Shown one piece after another: positions 37,347-47,416 of a DNA stretch of 52,282 nt. The notes under the pieces were generated by a model. The model was not told the origin of the DNA and did no database searches. It saw only the letters and a program-made list of their open reading frames with translations. This DNA comes from a virus (lineage: Duplodnaviria; Caudoviricetes). Position 1 is the stretch's first letter; every line of letters starts with the position of its first letter. The DNA lies in IMG/VR virus record IMGVR_UViG_3300022857_000007, positions 1 to 52,282 of that record; one strand, 5' to 3'. A program made the position numbers and the translations under genes.

Positions 37347-38201
37347 TTAAGCTAAACCGTAGTAGTCAAACAACGGAAGAACATCAGACATATCAACAGT
37401 TATTGTTTTGTTGAACATCTTTAAATCTCCATCTTGCTCTTTATATTGACAGTAGAATTTAACATCTACATCTTTTGGGTTCATTATAATAAATGAATCC
37501 CTATCATTAAAATCTGTATTAACAGTAAATGTGCTTCTAGAACCAATATACTCTCCAGCAGCTTTACCTGAACTAGCTGTTCCGATAGCTCCTTCAGAAG
37601 GATTAACCCACCACATTCTTTTTAAAGGAGTTGTTTCTACACCGTCAATCATGAATTTCCCAGTAATTCTAATTTTACCATCCTCTTCTTCAGTTTTAAC
37701 CTCTAGAGTTATTAACCCAGTAGCAACATCAGGAACGTCTTTTTTAATTCCATAAATAGTTGTTGCCATTACTAAAGCAACTTCTTCATCAGAAGGGCTT
37801 TCCCAACCAGTAACTGAAACAGCTTTTTCATAACTAGGATTCCCTCTCATCTTATCCATATTCTCAAGATAAGTTTCATAAAGAAAACTCCAAAACTTAA
37901 CTACAGAGTAAGAATCTCCTTTTTTAGTTACAGTAACAGTGCTTGTATGCATCTTTTTTCTGAAAAGTTTTGTTCTAGTAAAAGTGATAGAATTTTCTTC
38001 TAAATTTTCTTCCACTACACAAGGTCTTCCTATGGCTCCAACAACTGAAGAGTTTAGGTTTTCTTGACTAGAATAAACACCAACTCCCTCCCTTGATTTA
38101 TAAGTCCATATTTCTCTTGAATGATTTTCCCAGTGTTGGAATTCTTCATCAAAATATTCATTTAAATGCGCAGTAACGCTTTCTTTGCTTGTAAGTTTCA
38201 T
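37347..38201 (-). CDS. Hypothetical protein
   Basis: 284 aa ORF, no motif recognised. Confidence 0.55.
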   Translation of the reverse strand: MKLTSKESVTAHLNEYFDEEFQHWENHSREIWTYKSREGVGVYSSQENLNSSVVGAIGRPCVVEENLEENSITFTRTKLFRKKMHTSTVTVTKKGDSYSVVKFWSFLYETYLENMDKMRGNPSYEKAVSVTGWESPSDEEVALVMATTIYGIKKDVPDVATGLITLEVKTEEEDGKIRITGKFMIDGVETTPLKRMWWVNPSEGAIGTASSGKAAGEYIGSRSTFTVNTDFNDRDSFIIMNPKDVDVKFYCQYKEQDGDLKMFNKTITVDMSDVLPLFDYYGLA

Positions 38202-38209
38202 ATTTATTA

Positions 38210-38974
38210 TTATAAAATTTTATTAATATCAATGTGGAATCTAGCGACAGTTTGTTTTACTCCATGATATAAAGTTAAAGACAAATACTCTCTATTTGAG
38301 TCAAGCCTATCTTCTTCAGTAAACACATAATCAGCGGAGAATGTGTTTAAATCTGTACTCCCTTTAAAATCAGTAGTCATTGGCACATCTGTTCTTTCTG
38401 TAATCTTACAAAAATCTAATCTTCCACTACCTCTGTTTGAATCTATATTGTTTCCACAAGCAATATAATCTCCATGCCTGTACTTACCACCTCTAACTCC
38501 TCTCATAAACCACATACAACCTATGCCTTGTATATCGACATTGTTATCAACATCTTTGTAAGAAACTTCGTTTAAAATAGAGATGTTTTCAACTGTTGAA
38601 ACTCCGTTTTGTTCTGTTATTCTAACTCCGGGATTGGCGTGATATAAATCAACTTCATAATCTCCTTCAACTAAAATAGAAATCATTGTCGCATCCTCAG
38701 GATTAGCTCTGTTATATAATCTCCAAGCAGAACCTTCATCAGTCCTCTCCATATAAGCTGTAGGGTATTTCCCTCCTCTTAATAATTGAAAAGAATCTTG
38801 ATCTATAGGAAGTACCGTCATCTTGTCAAAATATTCTGTAGCTGGTTGTTTGTTTTTGTGCATAATCCACTTGCCACTTCTAGAAGATTTTAAAGCTCTA
38901 GAAACAACTAAAAGTTTTTTTGCATTAAAAAAATCAACAACCTCTTTATTTAAATCATAAGCATAAATATCCAT
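38210..38974 (-). CDS. Hypothetical protein
   Basis: 254 aa ORF preceded by an (AAAAAC)n leader and TATTTA. Confidence 0.55.
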   Translation of the reverse strand: MDIYAYDLNKEVVDFFNAKKLLVVSRALKSSRSGKWIMHKNKQPATEYFDKMTVLPIDQDSFQLLRGGKYPTAYMERTDEGSAWRLYNRANPEDATMISILVEGDYEVDLYHANPGVRITEQNGVSTVENISILNEVSYKDVDNNVDIQGIGCMWFMRGVRGGKYRHGDYIACGNNIDSNRGSGRLDFCKITERTDVPMTTDFKGSTDLNTFSADYVFTEEDRLDSNREYLSLTLYHGVKQTVARFHIDINKIL

Positions 38975-39025
38975 TTTGTTTTTGTTTTTGTTTTTGTTCT
39001 TTTCTAAAATTAAATAGTTTTATTT

Positions 39026-39961
39026 TTAGTCAGTACGGTTTTGTTTTTTAAGGTTATTACCCTTGGTAAGTCTGTAATTATGGAAACCTCCATTTTTTGC
39101 ATATTCATAACCTAAATCCCACCATTCGTCCATCTTTTTTTTATCAAATGATAACACGTTATTTGTCAACACTTCTGGAGTGAAACAAATACTTATATTG
39201 ATATCTCTATTATGAGACTGAAGCTTACCCATTTCTATGTTATTCGCCATGTTTTTGTTCAAAAGCATTCTTAAAATAGAAATCATAAAATGAATAGGGT
39301 TTTTTATTTTTAAAGAACCCTTAGGAGTTGTGTTTTCTGCATCCAAAACAATAACATCTATCTCAGTAGCCCTAGCGTCAATGGCTGCTTGGATTGGTAC
39401 ATTTTGAAACAAACCACCGTCAGCATATTGAAACCCATTTCTGTTTATAAGACTCATATAAAGAGGGACATTTGCAGAAGCCCAAAGCCAATCGCAAAAT
39501 TCTTCATAAGGATAATCATTAGATGATTTATATTCAGTTGTCTCCAAAGTTATATTCGTCACAGCAGCTATAACCTCTACCTCTGATTTTCTTAGTTTAT
39601 TGAAATGTTTTTCTTTAAAATACTTTCCAATAAAAACTCTTAAGTTTTTTGATTCCCCAAAGGTTTTTCTAAAAGTTAGAAAACGAAAAAGTATTCTGAA
39701 ATAATTATGTTTTCCTGCTTTTTTTCCTCTAGTGAAAAAAGGATTAACAGAAAAAATGTCTTTTGAAGTTACATTAGTATACCCTTGACGTAAAACCTCA
39801 ATCTCTCTCACAGAACTTAAAGGCGCAAGCAAACTTCCTGTTGATGTTCCTACGTACAAATCATATTGCTTTTTTTTATCTTGCAATAGATGTTGAATAA
39901 CACCTCCCGCAAAAGCCCCTGTTGATCCTCCTCCTGAAATTACTAGTGCTTTTTTTTTCAT
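39026..39961 (-). CDS. Patatin-like phospholipase
   Basis: LVISGGGSTG oxyanion loop, GTSTG nucleophile, ADGG catalytic Asp. Confidence 0.92.
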   Translation of the reverse strand: MKKKALVISGGGSTGAFAGGVIQHLLQDKKKQYDLYVGTSTGSLLAPLSSVREIEVLRQGYTNVTSKDIFSVNPFFTRGKKAGKHNYFRILFRFLTFRKTFGESKNLRVFIGKYFKEKHFNKLRKSEVEVIAAVTNITLETTEYKSSNDYPYEEFCDWLWASANVPLYMSLINRNGFQYADGGLFQNVPIQAAIDARATEIDVIVLDAENTTPKGSLKIKNPIHFMISILRMLLNKNMANNIEMGKLQSHNRDINISICFTPEVLTNNVLSFDKKKMDEWWDLGYEYAKNGGFHNYRLTKGNNLKKQNRTD

Positions 39962-39965
39962 GTTT

Positions 39966-40274
39966 TTATATTCCTACGTATATTGTTGTTTGATCATTCG
40001 GAATAACTCTAAGTATTTCGGTTACAAATATTACATCTGTAAAATCATTTTTTATATACAATTGATAATTTCCAAATTCTATTGGAATAAAAGATGCTAA
40101 ATAAACTCCTGACGGGCTATCAATTAAAGAAATTGTGGCTGAGACTCCATCGTAAACCTCTCCGTCTTTTATTAAAATATCATTAAAAGTAGTAGAAGCT
40201 GTTACGGGAGAGTTTGTTAGCCCCGAAACAGAAACAAAATTTATATGTATGGTGTCTCCAGTGTAGTATCTCAT
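39966..40274 (-). CDS. Small Ig-like virion protein
   Basis: Beta-rich; GVYLASFIP...GNYQLYI pattern. Confidence 0.45.
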   Translation of the reverse strand: MRYYTGDTIHINFVSVSGLTNSPVTASTTFNDILIKDGEVYDGVSATISLIDSPSGVYLASFIPIEFGNYQLYIKNDFTDVIFVTEILRVIPNDQTTIYVGI

Positions 40275-40280
40275 GTGTTT

Positions 40281-40571
40281 TTATTTTCCTTTTCCTTTTG
40301 GTTTGATTCTCTTGTTCTCTATTACCTCTAAATCATTAAAAAAAACGGCAAGTGAGGCATCAATTACTTCAGCTGATAAAATTTCATCCCCAGTAACAGA
40401 TAATGTTATTGTTTTTGATATATTATCATTGATAAACAAATGAACATCAGCAGTCATTTCTTCAACTATATAAACAACTGTAAGAACCCTGAATTCTGGG
40501 TTATCAAACTCTTGCCCACCAATAACAGCTCTAGTGTTTTTTAATTTGTATTTATAATCTTTTAATGCCAT
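40281..40571 (-). CDS. Hypothetical protein, possible fibre chaperone
   Basis: 96 aa ORF directly downstream of the fibre-like gene. Confidence 0.4.
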   Translation of the reverse strand: MALKDYKYKLKNTRAVIGGQEFDNPEFRVLTVVYIVEEMTADVHLFINDNISKTITLSVTGDEILSAEVIDASLAVFFNDLEVIENKRIKPKGKGK

Positions 40572-40576
40572 TTTTT

Positions 40577-42361
40577 TTAATTAAAGTGATTTCTAACGTA
40601 CACAGCTTTACGTCCTCCAACCGTTTTAGCCTGCTTGTAAAAATGTTTCCCTATAAATGTTGTGATATAACTATTTGTGTCAGAACCATCAGTTGTTGAT
40701 AGTACCAAGTATGTTGACACCAACGAACTAAAATATGTGGGATGATATCCTGAGCCAACTAGGTTTGTGATTGACTGACATTCATTCCAAGTAGCAACCC
40801 GCCAGTCGGAATAACCGCCAACATTTGAATCAGTGGCAGCTGATAACTGAGCGCCCCAGTATCCGCCTCCATAATCGTTCGAGTAAAGTTCATCAGACCA
40901 CCAACCAAGACCTGTTAAATTGTCAACTACATAATTATCAGGAAGACTTTGTGTTCCATCAGCGGCAGTGAATCTGTAATTGTTTCCGAAAGCGTTTGTT
41001 GTGGTTAGGGCTGTAAATGGATCATCAGCTGTAAAATCTAATTGAACCATTGTTGTCCCAGTTGGAGTGTAGTCATAAGAACCATTCCTCATATGCCACC
41101 CCTCATCATATGATGCAGAAGTATTATCAATTACTCCAGCATCATTATAACTGTCTTTCTGTGAATTGACGGGTCTCTGATAAATAATACCAGCTTCTGA
41201 TTCAGTTGCTCCTGTAAAATTCGTATAAACAGTTCCAGAATAATTTACAGAAGAAGCTGTTTGTCCATCTTGATTTATAATATTAAAGTCTGGAATCAAA
41301 TATTCAGCTGAGGCTACTGGCGAAAGAGATAAAGCTTGAATTAAATTTCCGTCAGAATCTTTTACTGAGAAATTAGAATTAGCAACCACATAACTCTCTG
41401 CTCCTTCTGCTGGAACATTAACGCTAGCAATTACAACTCCGTTAGTGTTTTCTACAGAAACAACAGAATCAGCAACTTCATATAAAAAATTACCTCCAGA
41501 AGAAATAGTTACACCTGTTAATACACCACCCTTTTTAGGTACTGAGTTTCTAATTTCTATATCTACGTCTGCACAGGCGTAAGTTGTATATACAGAACCA
41601 GAATAAGGAACTGTGTCTTCTAGACCTCCATTTACATACACAGCTACATCTCCAACCACATAATCTTCTGTTCCTTCTGCTAAAACAGAAACATCAGAAA
41701 TCAAAGTCCCCTCAGAATCTTTTACCGAAACAACCGAATCTTCAACCATATAATCTTCTGTCCCTTTTGCTAAAACCGAAACAACAGAAAGCAACGTCCC
41801 AGTAGAATCTTTTACAGAAACAAACGAGTCAGCAACCACATAATCTTCTGCTCCTTCTGCTAAAACAGAAACAGTAGTCATTGCCACCCCAGCGGAGTTT
41901 TTTACCGAAACAACCGAATCTCCAATAACAAGAGCAACAGTCTCACTAGAAGGGTATGTAATACTACCTATAATACTTCCATCGGAATCTTCTGCATTAG
42001 TGGTAGAATCTGGAAATTGAAATATCCCATTTTGAGTATATCCTGTAGTAAAAGAGCCATCTGAGTTTTCAACGGAAACGTCAATAGCCACACTATAAAC
42101 TCCTGATGGCGCTAATTGAACCAAAGTTGAGCCTAGTGAATCCAAAACTAAAGCTGGAGGCAAAACTCTATCTTGACCTTGTTCAATTCCGCTAAATACT
42201 GTACCTCCTGAATAATCAAATATTGTTACCGCAGACAAAGAAAAACTTGAACCCGCATCAACTGTAGATACAGTTCCACCCGAAGACCATAAAATAGTAG
42301 CTACCCCTCCATCATCTGATGGGGGAACAATATAATATCCGCCTGTAGTGTTGATTAACAT
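40577..42361 (-). CDS. Tail fibre/adhesin-like protein with 30-aa repeats and C-terminal DUF1566 (Lcl C-terminal)-like domain
   Basis: VVDNLTGLGW...W...GGYSDWRVATWNE..SI motif; repeats such as DSVVSVKDSEGTLISDVSVLAEGTEDYVVG. Confidence 0.7.
   Translation of the reverse strand: MLINTTGGYYIVPPSDDGGVATILWSSGGTVSTVDAGSSFSLSAVTIFDYSGGTVFSGIEQGQDRVLPPALVLDSLGSTLVQLAPSGVYSVAIDVSVENSDGSFTTGYTQNGIFQFPDSTTNAEDSDGSIIGSITYPSSETVALVIGDSVVSVKNSAGVAMTTVSVLAEGAEDYVVADSFVSVKDSTGTLLSVVSVLAKGTEDYMVEDSVVSVKDSEGTLISDVSVLAEGTEDYVVGDVAVYVNGGLEDTVPYSGSVYTTYACADVDIEIRNSVPKKGGVLTGVTISSGGNFLYEVADSVVSVENTNGVVIASVNVPAEGAESYVVANSNFSVKDSDGNLIQALSLSPVASAEYLIPDFNIINQDGQTASSVNYSGTVYTNFTGATESEAGIIYQRPVNSQKDSYNDAGVIDNTSASYDEGWHMRNGSYDYTPTGTTMVQLDFTADDPFTALTTTNAFGNNYRFTAADGTQSLPDNYVVDNLTGLGWWSDELYSNDYGGGYWGAQLSAATDSNVGGYSDWRVATWNECQSITNLVGSGYHPTYFSSLVSTYLVLSTTDGSDTNSYITTFIGKHFYKQAKTVGGRKAVYVRNHFN
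41291..42010 (-). repeat. About 7 x 90 bp (30 aa) coding repeats, interrupted
   Basis: CATAATCTTCTG at 90-bp spacing (about 41659, 41749, 41839) plus degenerate copies. Confidence 0.8.
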
Positions 42362-42474
42362 AAATATTTCTTTCCTATAAATAGAAAAAAGAAAAGTCTT
42401 TATAAATAAAGTTCTTAAAATTTTTTTAATGGTATTTATTAGTAATTAACGCTTAAACTAAACAAAATAAAGAA

Positions 42475-42963
42475 ATGGCTGAAATGTATAGATCGGTTCC
42501 TGTAGACAACGAACCAAAAATGAAGAACAACTTTGAACTTCTTTTCCCAACTGAACTAGGAATTGAGTCTTTTTTAGTTCAAACAGTGGCAAAGCCTTCA
42601 ATAAACATAAATGAAGTTGAGATTCCATATATGAATAGTTCTACTTGGGTTTCTGGTCGTGCAGTTTGGCAGCCAATGGAAATTACTTTCATTGACACTG
42701 TTGGACCTTCTACTACACAGAAAGTTATGGAATGGGTTAGGCTTCACTTTGAATCAACAACTGGACGTAAAGGTTATGCTGTAGGTTACAAAAAGAACTT
42801 AGTATTAAACGGTCTTGACCCAACAGGTGTTGCTATTGAAAAATGGACATTAATTGGATGTCAAATAACTGTTGCTGGATTTGATAGCTTTGATTACAAT
42901 GATGACGCACTTACTATGATAAGCTTAACTATCCGACCAGATAGATGTTTATTAGAAAGTTAA
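42475..42963 (+). CDS. Tail tube protein (T4 gp19-like)
   Basis: EPKMKNNF, AKPSI, VEIPYMN...GR..W, KVMEW, GYKK, LDPTG..IEKW.L.G. Confidence 0.85.
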   Translation: MAEMYRSVPVDNEPKMKNNFELLFPTELGIESFLVQTVAKPSININEVEIPYMNSSTWVSGRAVWQPMEITFIDTVGPSTTQKVMEWVRLHFESTTGRKGYAVGYKKNLVLNGLDPTGVAIEKWTLIGCQITVAGFDSFDYNDDALTMISLTIRPDRCLLES

Positions 42964-42979
42964 AAAAAACTTTTTCTTA

Positions 42980-43363
42980 ATGGCTGAAACTAAAATTTAT
43001 AAAAGGTTTTATTCTATTATCGCTACGGGAGTAGATGAGGTACAAACTTTAATTAATCCTTTTTTAGTTACTGCAAGTACATTTAACGTGACTCAAGGGC
43101 AATCTCTAGTGGAAAATGATGTTCCTTTAGTAAAAGAATCAATAGGTCTTTATTACGCTTTATTAGACGGAACACTGTATAATTCAGATGATAAGTATGA
43201 TGTTGTGTTTTCAGTAAACTACCTAGAATCAACACCAAGTAAAGACTTAAAAAGCACTTTTAAATTAACTCCTGTATTGACTCCAAAAGGATCATTATCA
43301 TTTGATATTGAACAACCGATGGTTATTCAGGTGCAAGTAAATAACTCAACATTCCAATTTTAA
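42980..43363 (+). CDS. Small Ig-like virion protein
   Basis: Beta-rich, ESIGLYYA..Y motif; follows the tube gene. Confidence 0.45.
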   Translation: MAETKIYKRFYSIIATGVDEVQTLINPFLVTASTFNVTQGQSLVENDVPLVKESIGLYYALLDGTLYNSDDKYDVVFSVNYLESTPSKDLKSTFKLTPVLTPKGSLSFDIEQPMVIQVQVNNSTFQF

Positions 43364-43367
43364 AAAC

Positions 43368-43724
43368 ATGGCTTTAGGAAATGAATTTTTAATTAAACAA
43401 AATGATACACTCCCAGTACTTCAAGTGTGTTTGTTTGCGAAGGGAAATTTAGGCCAAAGAGAAGCTATGAATTTAACTGGAGCTACAGCCGTTACTTTTT
43501 CAATGATAGATAAGTGTGGAGAATATACGATTTTAAAAGAAACTGCTCAAATCACAAATTTAAGCGAAGGAGTAATTCAGTATTCTTGGAATCAAAACGA
43601 TACTGTTGAAGCAGGTAAGTATCAAGGAGAATTTGAAATCACTTATACTGGTGGAGGGAAGCTTTCAATACCTCAGGTCGGTGGAATTACAATCAGAATC
43701 ACCGAAGAGATTAGTCCTTATTAA
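43368..43724 (+). CDS. BppU N-terminal-like (baseplate upper) domain protein
   Basis: IKQNDTLP, NLTGA, GVIQYSW...DT..AG.Y.GEFEI. Confidence 0.65.
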   Translation: MALGNEFLIKQNDTLPVLQVCLFAKGNLGQREAMNLTGATAVTFSMIDKCGEYTILKETAQITNLSEGVIQYSWNQNDTVEAGKYQGEFEITYTGGGKLSIPQVGGITIRITEEISPY

Positions 43725-43838
43725 AAAAAAGCAAAGACACCTAACAACTTTCTCACTCTCAACACTCCTTAGAGCTTGGGGTATTAATGGAAGTGCATTG
43801 CAGGGTTATTGGTTTGTGTCTATTTAATTAAATCCTCC

Positions 43839-44072
43839 CTAACCCTTTTTGGATTCACTACTTTTTGGTTGCTCTGGTATCTCTGTCCAATATTCTATCT
43901 GATCCAAATCTCTAAAATGATCATCTCCTTCATCATCATCCCAACATTGATGATAATCATTGTAAAAACCAATAACAACCCTACCTCTATCAATTATTAA
44001 ATAAGCCCCTTCTTTGTTAGGGTGACCAATATTCCACCCATTTAAATTAGTCTGTTTTTTGTTTTCTTCCAT
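43839..44072 (-). CDS. DUF551-like small phage protein
   Basis: W...P...G.YLI...G.Y...W...IEYWTEIPEQP. Confidence 0.55.
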   Translation of the reverse strand: MEENKKQTNLNGWNIGHPNKEGAYLIIDRGRVVIGFYNDYHQCWDDDEGDDHFRDLDQIEYWTEIPEQPKSSESKKG

Positions 44073-44075
44073 TTT

Positions 44076-44435
44076 TTAAAATACTAAAGGATATTCTGAT
44101 CCATTGTAATACACAAAAGCAAATGATTTCATTTCCTCAAAATTTGACATATTAGAAAGATTAAGAGGAATCTTTTCTTTTAAGAGTTCTGCTTCAGATA
44201 TTTTAAAACTAGAAACTAAATAATGATCGTCCCATTTTGATTGTAGTATCAAAACAATCCCAAACCTCCCTTCATCATCAATCTGCATTTCCCAATTACC
44301 ACTTTCTGAAATCGGGTCAACTAATTGTTCAAACTCTTCTTCATTTAATCCAAGAAATTTAATCAACAATTCTTTATCTTGATACTTTTCTTTAAATGGA
44401 ATTGATAAACCAGCCATAGAACAATCTGTACTCAT
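44076..44435 (-). CDS. Hypothetical protein
   Basis: 119 aa ORF behind a TAnnTTTG element. Confidence 0.55.
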   Translation of the reverse strand: MSTDCSMAGLSIPFKEKYQDKELLIKFLGLNEEEFEQLVDPISESGNWEMQIDDEGRFGIVLILQSKWDDHYLVSSFKISEAELLKEKIPLNLSNMSNFEEMKSFAFVYYNGSEYPLVF

Positions 44436-44454
44436 ATTTTTATATATTTAAACA

Positions 44455-44462
44455 CAAAAGTA
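44455..44462 (-). promoter_or_regulatory. Bacteroidota-type -7 promoter element
   Basis: TACTTTTG on the minus strand 20 nt upstream of ATG 44435, just after a terminator. Confidence 0.55.
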
Positions 44463-44477
44463 TAAAATATAAGGCAC

Positions 44478-44513
44478 AAAAAAGGAGATAATTTAAGTAA
44501 TCTCCTTTTTTTT
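44478..44513. terminator. Rho-independent terminator after tail sheath gene
   Basis: AAAAAAGGAGAT-loop-ATCTCCTTTTTTTT, A/T tracts on both sides. Confidence 0.85.
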
Positions 44514-44537
44514 ATGTTATGTTATTGATTATCAGAT

Positions 44538-47231
44538 TTAAAAATCATCAAACGAGGCTCCTGTTGGTAAAAGTTGGAAACTTAAATCTACAAACTCAGC
44601 CGCTCTAGTTGGTTTTATTTGTATTTTCCCAATCAATTCTAATCTATCCATTGTCTCTGCGGTATTGTTAGAATCATCCATGATAACTCTGAAATCATAG
44701 ATACCTCTTTGATTTTGAATTTGTAGTAAAATAGGCTCTACTTTAGCTTTAAATTGATCTTTTAGAGTCTCATCATTCGGATCAAATACTAGTGAGAAGG
44801 AAGCAGCAGATACAAGTCTCTGAAGTCTTAAAACAAGCCTTCTAACGGATATTCTATCAAGTGCTGAGTTGACAACTTGCATTGTCTTCTGACCCCAAAT
44901 AAGTGTTCCTTGCTGAGTAAAGTAAGCAATTGGATTAATTCTAGCATTGTAAAGTGTGTCTAAGTTATCTCTAGATAAAATAATTTCTGGCTTCTTAACA
45001 TTGTTTGGAAGCGCTCCTCTTAATGCTCCTGCTGGTGCATACCAAGGATTGTATTTGTTATCTGTAAATGCCATCGCTCTAACAACTCCAAATGTTGGAG
45101 ATAAGAAAACAATTCTTCCGTTAGCTGATGCGTCTTGAGTTTTAAGCCAAGGCCAGTAAGTGGTAGCATAAGACGAGTCAAACCCAGTAGCCTCAAACGC
45201 TGAAACAACTTCTAAAACAGCACTGTTGTTATTTGTGTTTTCATCACTTATTCTTGGAGAATCCATGATGTACAAAGCATCAGCTCTATCTTCAACCATC
45301 TCTAAAGCATATCTACAAAGAGATAAGTTATTAGAATAGTCAATGTCTGGTGTAGCTAGTAAATTAATGTCTACCTTAGTGTCAGATTCAAAAATATCTA
45401 AAGCATCTTTAAATGACTGAACATCTGAAGTGTAAACATCAGTAAATCTTTCATAAGGATTAGAATAAGTGTTTTTCTTATCCCACCCGTCAAAACCGCC
45501 AGAAGGAACAACGGTGAATTTAAGTTTGTTTTTATCAATATATAAACCACTTGAATCTTTATAATCTTCCATAGAAGCTTTATCTCCAGAATCAAACAAT
45601 GTAGACGATGCTACATTTTCCATATGGAAACCTTTCAATGTGTTTTTGTCAGTTTCAACACTACCTGCATAAGCAAATAAATCATGCTCTATATTCTGAG
45701 CAGCTGTCTTAACTGAAACTTGAGTTTTAGTTATTGAAGTATATCCAAGTTCTGAAACTCCAAGATAAGTTCTTGAAACACTATCGTCATCAGTATATCT
45801 AGTTTTGTAATAAATATCAGGAGAGTTAGATACATCTCTAACTTCATAACCTCTAAATCCAGCTGGAACAGTATCGGTAGGAACTGATTCTGCCATTTCA
45901 ATAGAAATATATTTAGAAACCTGATCGTAAGTTTTATCTGTTGTTCCAATCACTCTTCCAATATAGTTAGAAGAAGATTCACTTAATTCAAGGTTTGAAA
46001 ATCTTTCATATCCTGCTTGACCTAAACCAACAGCATCTCCGTACTCATATCTCCTTACTATTAAATCAAATCTGTTATTTCTAACGTCAATGTTAGCAAA
46101 AGATATTTTCACCTCTCTATTTGATGCGTTTCCATCAGATACAGTGTTAATTTTAAATAAATTACGAACTGTTCCTCCAATAACTCTTGAAACAATCCAA
46201 GGAGTTTTTGCATTTGTGTACTGACCAGTATAAGACGTATAAGCATCACTGTCGTCATAAACAATAGAAGCTGAAACTCCTGTAATATCTCCTCTTTCAG
46301 CAGCCTCTCTAGTAAAGTGAGGGTAAATAGATTCAACATAAAAATGTTCTAGTCCAGAAATAACTTTAGGAGATTTACCAAAAGCTGTTGCTACATAAGA
46401 TGATTTAGTTTCATCCAATGAAACTGTATAACTACTGCCTGCTAAAGGCCCTGTGCTTGCTGTTAATTTAAAATCAGAAAGTGGGTTTCCTGTAGCAGAA
46501 ACCGATGCATCAATTTCAATGTCCGTAGATTGATCAAAGTAATAATCGCCAGTTATTTGGTTTTTCTTACTTCTTAAAACTGCCAGTGTTGCTCCTGACT
46601 TAGAACCTCTTGATTCTAAATTAGTAACAGCTAAAGTCATTGTTTCTCCATCAGCTCCATCATATGTTGTCTCTGTTGTAATTGAAGTATCAATACCTAA
46701 ATCAGTATAGTCTGAAGACAAGTTCATTGCAGAAACAATATTTGCTGTTGTGATAGACCCACTAAAGCTTATTGTTATAGCAGGCGAAGTAGCTGTAACA
46801 ACAACAGCTTCATCCGCTAGTGTGTCATCTTCTTCAAATGTATATGTGAATGTAATAGGAGATACAACGCCTGTATCAGTGAATGTCAGTCCAGATGTAG
46901 TAGAACTTCCTCCATAAGTTACTGAAGAATCAGCCACAATTAGCCAAGCACCTGAATTAGTAAATCCAGTTTTCCCAAGCACCCTAGATATTGTGAGTTC
47001 GTTTGATTGACTAAGGAATGCATCAGCAACATATGTTGCTGGATATCCATAGTTAGTAGCACCAAATCTCTCGTGCCTTTCTTCGGAAGTAGGAACAGCA
47101 ATCGCTTCGAAAGCTGGACCTTTTGGGAATCTACCTACAATACCAAGTCTTGTTATACCTACTCTTGATGCGAAAGCGGTGAAGTCTTGAACTTTTGTGT
47201 ATATACCCGGTGAAACAAATACTGAAGCCAT
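44538..47231 (-). CDS. Contractile tail sheath protein
   Basis: FVSPGIYT, KGPAF, DINLLATP, SYATTYWPW, WYAPAG..RG, LYNARINPI, WGQKT, ALDRISVRRL, IKPTRAAEF. Confidence 0.95.
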   Translation of the reverse strand: MASVFVSPGIYTKVQDFTAFASRVGITRLGIVGRFPKGPAFEAIAVPTSEERHERFGATNYGYPATYVADAFLSQSNELTISRVLGKTGFTNSGAWLIVADSSVTYGGSSTTSGLTFTDTGVVSPITFTYTFEEDDTLADEAVVVTATSPAITISFSGSITTANIVSAMNLSSDYTDLGIDTSITTETTYDGADGETMTLAVTNLESRGSKSGATLAVLRSKKNQITGDYYFDQSTDIEIDASVSATGNPLSDFKLTASTGPLAGSSYTVSLDETKSSYVATAFGKSPKVISGLEHFYVESIYPHFTREAAERGDITGVSASIVYDDSDAYTSYTGQYTNAKTPWIVSRVIGGTVRNLFKINTVSDGNASNREVKISFANIDVRNNRFDLIVRRYEYGDAVGLGQAGYERFSNLELSESSSNYIGRVIGTTDKTYDQVSKYISIEMAESVPTDTVPAGFRGYEVRDVSNSPDIYYKTRYTDDDSVSRTYLGVSELGYTSITKTQVSVKTAAQNIEHDLFAYAGSVETDKNTLKGFHMENVASSTLFDSGDKASMEDYKDSSGLYIDKNKLKFTVVPSGGFDGWDKKNTYSNPYERFTDVYTSDVQSFKDALDIFESDTKVDINLLATPDIDYSNNLSLCRYALEMVEDRADALYIMDSPRISDENTNNNSAVLEVVSAFEATGFDSSYATTYWPWLKTQDASANGRIVFLSPTFGVVRAMAFTDNKYNPWYAPAGALRGALPNNVKKPEIILSRDNLDTLYNARINPIAYFTQQGTLIWGQKTMQVVNSALDRISVRRLVLRLQRLVSAASFSLVFDPNDETLKDQFKAKVEPILLQIQNQRGIYDFRVIMDDSNNTAETMDRLELIGKIQIKPTRAAEFVDLSFQLLPTGASFDDF

Positions 47232-47416
47232 GTTGTGTTTTTTTCTTTTTAAAAATTCTTAAGAAACTTAACCCCTTATAGGGTCTTAGTTTTAAGTAAA
47301 TAGTGTAATTTTTTTAGTAACTCTCAATTCTAATTGGTTTTTTTTAACCATAACTTAATGTGCTGCTTAAAATATTGATAAACATCAAAAAAAGTCTATT
47401 AATAAATAGAAAATAA

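Noticed and set aside
39026-39961. CBASS system
   Set aside because: No CD-NTase or other Cap genes recognised near the patatin
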